DNA of 64,000 nucleotides. Source: an uncultured Bacteroidales bacterium (GTDB taxonomy: Bacteria; Bacteroidota; Bacteroidia; Bacteroidales; VadinHA17). A program made the position numbers and the translations under genes. The stretch lies in the NCBI GenBank assembly GCA_963791065.1, contig CAWBQN010000001.1, positions 3,756 to 67,755 of the forward strand, written 5' to 3'. Below the pieces are notes generated by a model. The model did not search any database. It saw only the letters and a list, made by a program, of their open reading frames with translations, and was not told the origin of the DNA. Below, one piece after another: positions 57,938-64,000 of this stretch (the stretch's first letter is position 1; each line of letters begins with the position of its first letter).

Positions 57938-59380
57938 ATGCCAAAAGGTGATATTGTAATTGTTTTTGATTGTGGCGCAACTAACATACGGGTAATAGCA
58001 ATCAACAGTAAAGGGGAAATCCTTGCGTCGGAAAGTTCTGCTAATGGTCCAAGATCCGATCCCTTTTTTGATTCATACAAGATATGGGATATAAGAGATA
58101 TATGGGAGAAGTTGTGCCGGGCCTCACAAAAAGTGATCAGCCGGATTAATGCCAGTCATATTGCCGGAGTTACAGTAACTACTTTTGGTGTTGACGGAAC
58201 CCTCTTTGACAGAAACGGGAATATGTTGTATCCTGTTATTTCATGGCAGTGTGAAAGGACCAATTCTATACTTAAGAACATAGACAAATATATTCCTCTC
58301 AATGATTTATATTGCGAGAGCGGAGTCCTTCCCTTCTCTTTTAATACAATCAATAAGCTCATCTGGTTTATGGAACAAAAGCCTGAGCTTGTTGAAAAAA
58401 GCAGTACATTTCTATTCATGCCTTCTATATTTTCATTTCTGCTGACCGGTTCCATGGTTAATGATATGACTATGGCAGGAACATCAATGCTGACAAATCT
58501 AGGTACCAGGGGCATTTCGGAAAATATATTGGGTAAAATCAAATTCCCCTTCGAAAAAATAGGGACGCCAGTTGAAGCAGGTACTGTAACCGGCAAGGTC
58601 AGTTCCAAAGCCTCTTCGTTGACATCATTGCCGGTGGGTACACCTGTAGTGGCTACGGGTCATGACACTCAATTTGCGATCTTCGGATCGGGTGCTGAAA
58701 GAAACCAGCCGGTCCTCAGCTCAGGAACCTGGGAAATTCTTATGGTACGATCTGAAACTTTCAGTTCAGGAAGGGAGCAAATGGAAATGGGAATAACAAC
58801 CGAATTTGATTCAATTCCCGGATTGTTTAACATTGGTAACCAGTGGATCGCATCAGGGATTCTTGAGTGGGCACGAAGGACTTTATATCACGATATAAAG
58901 GATGATGTTTATGATGTTATGATTTCCGGAGCTGAAAGGGTACCGCCTGGTTGTAATGGAGTCAAAATCATTCCGGATTTCTATCAGGAGTCAAAAGGCA
59001 GACCTGCAGGTCAGATACTCGGTCTGACAATGGAGTCTACGCGTGATGAAATATTCCGGGCAATACTTGAAGCACTTGCTAAACGGCTGGCTGAAGCAAA
59101 GAGCTCTCTTGAAAATGCAGGTGGATTTAAAACTGAAAGCATCCTGTGTGTTGGCGGAGGTTCAAGGAACAGGCTCTGGAACCAGTTAAAAGCTAATTTT
59201 GCAGGTGTTCCTCTTAAAATTATTGAGCAGAAAGAAACTACTGTCCTTGGCGCTTCATTATTTGTCCAGGCTGCCTGTGGAAATGCAGCATCACCCGAAG
59301 AGGCAAGAACAGCTATTAACTATAAAACAGAGATCATTGAACCAGAAAATACCCCCCTGTCCCCCAATTGGGGGGTTTAA
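57938..59380 (+). CDS. fucK: L-fuculokinase (FGGY carbohydrate kinase)
   Basis: 480 aa. FDCGATNIRVIA, VTTFGVDGTLFD..LYPVISWQC and ATGHDTQFAIFGSGAE..PVLSSGTWEILMVRS closely parallel E. coli FucK. The last roughly 9 codons and the stop lie in repeat B5. Confidence 0.9.
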   Translation: MPKGDIVIVFDCGATNIRVIAINSKGEILASESSANGPRSDPFFDSYKIWDIRDIWEKLCRASQKVISRINASHIAGVTVTTFGVDGTLFDRNGNMLYPVISWQCERTNSILKNIDKYIPLNDLYCESGVLPFSFNTINKLIWFMEQKPELVEKSSTFLFMPSIFSFLLTGSMVNDMTMAGTSMLTNLGTRGISENILGKIKFPFEKIGTPVEAGTVTGKVSSKASSLTSLPVGTPVVATGHDTQFAIFGSGAERNQPVLSSGTWEILMVRSETFSSGREQMEMGITTEFDSIPGLFNIGNQWIASGILEWARRTLYHDIKDDVYDVMISGAERVPPGCNGVKIIPDFYQESKGRPAGQILGLTMESTRDEIFRAILEALAKRLAEAKSSLENAGGFKTESILCVGGGSRNRLWNQLKANFAGVPLKIIEQKETTVLGASLFVQAACGNAASPEEARTAINYKTEIIEPENTPLSPNWGV

Positions 59381-59425
59381 AGAATCTGGATAAACGAAAA
59401 GCCCCCCATTTGGGGGGTTAGGGGG
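59351..59425. repeat. family B C-run/G-run mini-hairpin element, copy 5
   Basis: ACCCCCCTGTCCCCCAATTGGGGGG, then a spacer, then GCCCCCCATTTGGGGGGTTAGGGGG. Confidence 0.7.
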
Positions 59426-59480
59426 TAGAAATAGGGAAATAAAAAAGTAATATCATATATTAGCTAATAAATCTTAAAAA

Positions 59481-60332
59481 ATGGAAACGTCCTACTTCAA
59501 CGGCAAAATACTTCCGAAAGATGAAATTAAAATTAGTCCCGATGACCGAGGGTTTCTATTTGCAGATGGCATCTATGAAGTTGTGAGATGGTACGAAGGA
59601 TTTTTCTACGACATTGAGAGTCATGTTACCAGGCTTAAAAGAAGTCTTAGAGAGCTGAGAATTAACTGGCGCGATGCTGACCTGTTCCCTTCAGTTGCGA
59701 AGGAACTTATTAAGCTTAACGGTCTTGAGAAGCAGCCTGCAATGGTATATCTCCAGGTTACAAGGGGCGCTGCCCGACGCACTCATCATTTTCCTAATCC
59801 GGACGTTTCTCCCACATCTTATGCCTGTGCATGGGGATTTGCTCCTGATGTTAAATCGAGAGAGTCTGGAATTAAAGTCATGCTGAAGGAAGATATCCGG
59901 TGGACCAGGTGCGATATCAAATCAGTTGCCCTCTTACCGAATACTATGAGTTTTCAGGAGGCACATGAAAACGGATTGAAAGAATGCATTTTTGTACGAA
60001 ACGGTTTACTTACTGAAGGAACTCACTCAAATGTCTTTTTTGTGATAGATGGAACCCTTTATACGCATCCTGAATCGAATCATGTCCTGTCAGGAATTAC
60101 ACGAAAGAATATTTTAAGGATCGCAGAGCAAGCCGGAATTAAAATCAGGGAGGAAGCTGTGCAGGAAAACAGGATCAGATTTATCCAGGAAGCATTTATT
60201 ACAAATACCTCATCAGAAGTCACACCTGTAACAGAGCTCGGGGGAAACACCCTTGGATCAGGTGCCCCCGGCCCGGTCACAAGATTAATAAGCGATAAAT
60301 TTGATAATGAGATAAAAGCATTAAAAGGCTGA
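59481..60332 (+). CDS. class IV (fold type IV) PLP aminotransferase, D-amino-acid/branched-chain type
   Basis: 283 aa with RGFLFADGIYEV, a catalytic-Lys region (CDIKSVALLPN) and ..TNTSSEVTPV... Confidence 0.82.
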   Translation: METSYFNGKILPKDEIKISPDDRGFLFADGIYEVVRWYEGFFYDIESHVTRLKRSLRELRINWRDADLFPSVAKELIKLNGLEKQPAMVYLQVTRGAARRTHHFPNPDVSPTSYACAWGFAPDVKSRESGIKVMLKEDIRWTRCDIKSVALLPNTMSFQEAHENGLKECIFVRNGLLTEGTHSNVFFVIDGTLYTHPESNHVLSGITRKNILRIAEQAGIKIREEAVQENRIRFIQEAFITNTSSEVTPVTELGGNTLGSGAPGPVTRLISDKFDNEIKALKG

Positions 60333-60363
60333 ATATCACAGTATCTCAAATGCATGTATTTTT

Positions 60364-60371
60364 TATCTTTG
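60364..60371 (+). promoter_or_regulatory. candidate TAnnTTTG -7 box for lysS
   Basis: TATCTTTG lies 20 nt upstream of the lysS ATG. Confidence 0.4.
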
Positions 60372-60390
60372 AAAAAACTTACAAAACGGT

Positions 60391-62115
60391 ATGAGCGATA
60401 TTAACTTAAGCGAACAGGAGCAGATCAGAAGGACCTCCCTGGATGAACTCAGAAAAATTGGTGTAAATCCCTATCCGGCCCCGGAGTACAAAACCAATGT
60501 TTTTGCACTGGATATTCTTGAAAATTATACACCTGAAAAAAACAATTTTCAGGAAGTCTGTCTTGCCGGCAGATTAATGAGCAGACGAATCATGGGAAAT
60601 GCTTCATTTGCAGAACTAATGGACTCTTCAGGAAGAATACAAATCTATCTTCGTCGTGATGATATCTGCCCGGGGGAAGATAAAACAATGTACAATACCG
60701 TATTTAAGCACCTTCTCGATAATGGTGACATTATTGGCATAAAAGGTCATGTTTTTAAAACCCAGATGGGAGAAACGACTGTTCATGTCGATGAGTTTAC
60801 AGTTCTGTGTAAATCAATCCGCCCGCTTCCTATAGTCAAAGAGAAAGACGGAATTGTTTTCGATGCAGTAACGGATCCTGAAATGAGATACCGGCAGAGG
60901 TATGTCGATCTTATTGTCAATCCTCACGTTCGCGATGTGTTCAGAAAAAGAACACAGATAATTAATTCAATGCGCGAGTTGTTCAATTCAAAGGGTTACC
61001 TTGAAGTTGAAACACCAATTCTTCAGCCTATTCCCGGGGGTGCTGCAGCAAGACCTTTTATCACTCACCACAACACTCTCGATATGCCTCTCTATCTGAG
61101 AGTTGCAAATGAACTTTACTTAAAACGGCTCATTGTTGGCGGTTTTGAAGGCGTTTATGAATTTGCCAAGGATTTCCGTAATGAAGGGATGGACCGGAAT
61201 CATAATCCTGAATTCACTGTAATGGAGATCTATATCGCCTATAAAGATTATAACTGGATGATGACCTTTACCGAGGAGATAGTAAAGAAAGCTGCCCTTG
61301 ATCTCCATGGTAAGACTGAAATTATGTATGGAGATAAACTCATAAACCTCAATCCTCCGTTTAAAAGGATCAGTATGACTGATTCCATAAAGGAAAATAC
61401 AGGCATTGATATATCAGGTATGGATGAAGCCGGACTCAGGGGAATCTGTGATAAACTTGATGTCCCAACTACAGTTACGATGGGCAAAGGGAAGCTGATA
61501 GACGAGCTATTTGGTGCCAAATGTGAACATAACTATATTCAGCCTACTTTTATAATTGACTATCCTACAGAGACATCACCTCTCACAAAAATGCATCGCA
61601 GCAAACCGGGTGTGACTGAACGGTTTGAACTGATGATAAATGGAAAGGAGATCGCTAATGCCTATTCCGAGTTAAATGATCCTATCGATCAGATGGAAAG
61701 ATTCCAGGACCAGCTCAGGTTATCAGAAAAAGGCGATGATGAGGCGATGTTCATTGATCTTGATTTTATAAGAGCTCTTGAATATGGAATGCCACCCACC
61801 TCAGGAATGGGAATAGGGATCGACAGACTGACTATGCTACTTACAAACCAGCCATCTATACAGGATGTCTTGTTATTTCCCCAGATGAAACCTGAAAAGA
61901 AACTGATAACCGATCCGGATGAAAAATATCTTGAAAAGGGAATCCCTTCAGAATGGATTGATCCCCTGAAAAAGCTTGGCTTCACAACAGTAGCCAGGCT
62001 CATGGAAGTTGAAAAGGCCGGAAAACTCGCCAATGATCTGAATGGCATCAACAAGAAAAATAAGCTTGGACTTCCAGGATTGAGTCCACAGTCGGTTGAA
62101 GAATGGTTGAAATAG
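60391..62115 (+). CDS. lysS: lysine--tRNA ligase, class II
   Basis: 574 aa with an OB anticodon-binding domain and class II motifs (FRNEG, ..GIGIDRL..). It has the roughly 70-aa C-terminal extension seen in Bacteroidota LysS. Confidence 0.95.
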   Translation: MSDINLSEQEQIRRTSLDELRKIGVNPYPAPEYKTNVFALDILENYTPEKNNFQEVCLAGRLMSRRIMGNASFAELMDSSGRIQIYLRRDDICPGEDKTMYNTVFKHLLDNGDIIGIKGHVFKTQMGETTVHVDEFTVLCKSIRPLPIVKEKDGIVFDAVTDPEMRYRQRYVDLIVNPHVRDVFRKRTQIINSMRELFNSKGYLEVETPILQPIPGGAAARPFITHHNTLDMPLYLRVANELYLKRLIVGGFEGVYEFAKDFRNEGMDRNHNPEFTVMEIYIAYKDYNWMMTFTEEIVKKAALDLHGKTEIMYGDKLINLNPPFKRISMTDSIKENTGIDISGMDEAGLRGICDKLDVPTTVTMGKGKLIDELFGAKCEHNYIQPTFIIDYPTETSPLTKMHRSKPGVTERFELMINGKEIANAYSELNDPIDQMERFQDQLRLSEKGDDEAMFIDLDFIRALEYGMPPTSGMGIGIDRLTMLLTNQPSIQDVLLFPQMKPEKKLITDPDEKYLEKGIPSEWIDPLKKLGFTTVARLMEVEKAGKLANDLNGINKKNKLGLPGLSPQSVEEWLK

Positions 62116-62130
62116 AATTATGTTAAAAGT

Positions 62131-62159
62131 GTAGAGACAGGTCTGAGACCTGTCTCTAC
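62131..62159. terminator. family C 29-nt palindrome, bidirectional terminator between convergent genes
   Basis: GTAGAGACAGGTCTGAGACCTGTCTCTAC is identical to 45012-45040. It lies between the lysS stop (62115) and the ABC gene stop (62168). Confidence 0.7.
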
Positions 62160-62167
62160 CATTAATG

Positions 62168-64000
62168 TTAATTCTCAGATTCTTTAATTCGCAAATTCTC
62201 AATAAAAATTATCAGCTTTTGTAAAAGATTGTAATACAAGCAAGTATAGAGACTAAGAGTCACTATCCATAATACCAGCAAATCGAACCAGAAGGTATCA
62301 ATCTCGACATGCCCAATCTGTTTATAAGGTGCATACAGCTGAGCACGGCCATAATTTGAAAGAGGCTTCATATAGCCTGGCTCATATTTCTGAATTATTT
62401 TATTTTCTGTTTCAGTGTACTGATCAATCCTTCCCCTGTCCAGAACCACATTAACCAGTTGTTTATTTTCATAATGGTTCTCCAGATTCGCTAACCCTTC
62501 GTTCCCAATTTTATCCTCGATTGATCTGCTTGCAGAATCCTCGAGCTGCATGTACTCCTTGAACTTCAGCAGGAAATGGCTTTCTAGTCTGTCAAGGTAC
62601 AATTTAGTTGCCTTCATACTTGTGGTATCAAACGTATTGATATTGAGGGGAATTTTTTGATCTTCCGGTACATTATTAATTCCGGCAATACCCGATAGCC
62701 AGTTTATGTAATAGTTGAGTTTACTGATATTATTGATATTATCATCTCTGTATAATATGCTGTCTTTATATTTATCCGTCTTCCAGAGATCATCCTGCAA
62801 TGCTTTTATAAGAAATAATGCATAATAGTAGTTCTGGCTTTTCCCCATCTTGTATTTAAAAAAATCTCTTTCATACCTGTTGTTTTTAAATTGTTCCACA
62901 GCCAGAGCCTCAAATGACCAGCGTGCAGCCATCATATCGCCTATAACCGGCACAAATTCACCTGAAGTAAGGCTTCCCCGATGAAGCTTGTCGAACTTTA
63001 CAAGGACCCCGCTGAATAATAGCTGAGGAATAATTATAAATGGGATCAGGATATAAATTGTTATGACTGAATTGAAAGCTGATGAGATGTTCAATCCAAG
63101 CATATTAGCAAAACAGGATGTAGTAAATAGTACTAGCCAGTAGGGCAGAGTCATACCCTTAATTTCCAATATGTAATTGCCTATCAGAATAAATGAGAGC
63201 GTCTGAATTGCAGAAATCATGAACATTATCATAACCTTTGAATTCAGGTAGCTGAACCAGCTCAGATTCAGAAATGATTCCCTTTTCAAAATTTTTCTAT
63301 CCTTTACTATCTCCTCCGCACTTATTATTAAACCCAGGAATAGAGAGGTTATCACACACATAAAAAGATATGAAGGCAGGTTTTCGTTGTCTCTGAATAT
63401 GTATTGATCCCCGCCGGTATATTTAGTAAAATATGACAGCAGAAAGGCCAGAAAAGGTGCTCCAAGCAGGCTTATTATAACATACTGCCGGTTAGCCAGC
63501 TTCGACAGGAAGTCCCTTATAAAAAAAATCTTTGACTGTTTTAAGAGACCTGGTATGCTGTAGAAATTTTCAGGAAGGATCTTCTTCTCTCTAATTGCTT
63601 TGTTGCCGGTTTTATCAGAATCCTCACGGTACATTTCTGCCCACTCCTGTGGTGAGACCTTTCTTATGTGTGTGTGTTTCCCATTCTCATTGATAACCTT
63701 TGCTTCTATTATCTGAAGTAACTGGTCGGAGTTTACATTCCCGCACGTTACACACTGATCTTCATGAGCATTGGCATAGCTCGCCCTGGTTTTGAAATAA
63801 ACTATTGCCTCAGATGGATTTCCATAAAAAATCAGATATCCTCCCCTGTCAATGACCATAATTTTATCAAACATTTTGTAAATGTCGGACCCGGGCTGAT
63901 GGATATTTATAATTACAAGTTTACCTCTGTCCGTCTGCTCTTTAAGCAGATTCATAACTATCTCTGAGTCGACAGAAGATAATCCTGATGTCGGTTCATC
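62168..64000 (-). CDS. ABC transporter, fused ATPase-permease (ABCG-like); 5' end runs off the window
   Basis: The frame stays open upstream of the track ORF to the window edge (..DEPTSGLSSVDSEIVMNLLKEQ.. is the Walker B/D-loop region), followed by IHQPGS. The C-terminal half is an ABC-2-type permease with 6 TM helices. Confidence 0.85.
   Translation of the reverse strand, partial: DEPTSGLSSVDSEIVMNLLKEQTDRGKLVIINIHQPGSDIYKMFDKIMVIDRGGYLIFYGNPSEAIVYFKTRASYANAHEDQCVTCGNVNSDQLLQIIEAKVINENGKHTHIRKVSPQEWAEMYREDSDKTGNKAIREKKILPENFYSIPGLLKQSKIFFIRDFLSKLANRQYVIISLLGAPFLAFLLSYFTKYTGGDQYIFRDNENLPSYLFMCVITSLFLGLIISAEEIVKDRKILKRESFLNLSWFSYLNSKVMIMFMISAIQTLSFILIGNYILEIKGMTLPYWLVLFTTSCFANMLGLNISSAFNSVITIYILIPFIIIPQLLFSGVLVKFDKLHRGSLTSGEFVPVIGDMMAARWSFEALAVEQFKNNRYERDFFKYKMGKSQNYYYALFLIKALQDDLWKTDKYKDSILYRDDNINNISKLNYYINWLSGIAGINNVPEDQKIPLNINTFDTTSMKATKLYLDRLESHFLLKFKEYMQLEDSASRSIEDKIGNEGLANLENHYENKQLVNVVLDRGRIDQYTETENKIIQKYEPGYMKPLSNYGRAQLYAPYKQIGHVEIDTFWFDLLVLWIVTLSLYTCLYYNLLQKLIIFIENLRIKESEN

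Noticed and set aside
61900-62115. C-terminal extension of about 70 aa on LysS as a novel fusion
   Set aside because: As far as I recall this extension is the normal form of Bacteroidota LysS. It is in frame and has no repeat involvement.
1-64000. rRNA, tRNA, tmRNA, riboswitch, transposase, integrase or prophage content
   Set aside because: I could recognise no tRNA-like T-arm/acceptor patterns, rRNA blocks, known riboswitch cores, or recombinase/transposase motifs by eye. Absence is not proven without tRNAscan/Infernal/HMM searches.

Overview
This 64-kb chromosomal segment looks like a Bacteroidota genome. It has SusC/SusD pairs, TAnnTTTG-type promoter boxes, LptC, GldE-like and outer-membrane (OM) barrel genes, and a long LysS. 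It is AT-rich by eye.

Most genes are housekeeping: lysC (edge-truncated), fbp, mfd, coaX, lptC, gpmI, parE-parC-aroK, obg, adk, hpt, purE, recJ, lipB, lipA, lplA, fucI, fucK, lysS and an edge-truncated ABC-G-type transporter.

Accessory content:
- Two tandem SusC/SusD loci lie on the minus strand. The 10.5-16.9 kb locus is intact except for its last gene. The 19.1-24.1 kb locus is riddled with frameshifts.
- A 1014-aa STAND NTPase-TM-WD40 protein sits about 30 nt downstream of a 953-aa polytopic membrane/HEAT-repeat protein.
- A membrane-anchored MutS paralog is in an operon with an acyltransferase.
- A GxxExxY (PD-(D/E)XK-like) mini-gene is present.

The most unusual content is non-coding. 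At least five families of short structured repeats fill nearly every larger intergenic gap:
- A: nested hairpin elements of about 170 nt, two copies, with compensatory changes between copies.
- B: paired C5/G5 mini-hairpin elements, five copies.
- C: GTAGAG...CTCTAC palindromes, two of them identical.
- D: helically phased CACAGAG/CTCTGTG heptamer arrays at four sites. One inverted pair wraps the GxxExxY gene.
- E: an analogous CGCAAAG/CTTTGCG array shell with no cargo.

Frameshifts also interrupt aroK, the tail of the 953-aa gene and a PUL lipoprotein gene. These are either real gene decay or local assembly error. I recognised no rRNA, tRNA, CRISPR array, transposase or integrase gene.
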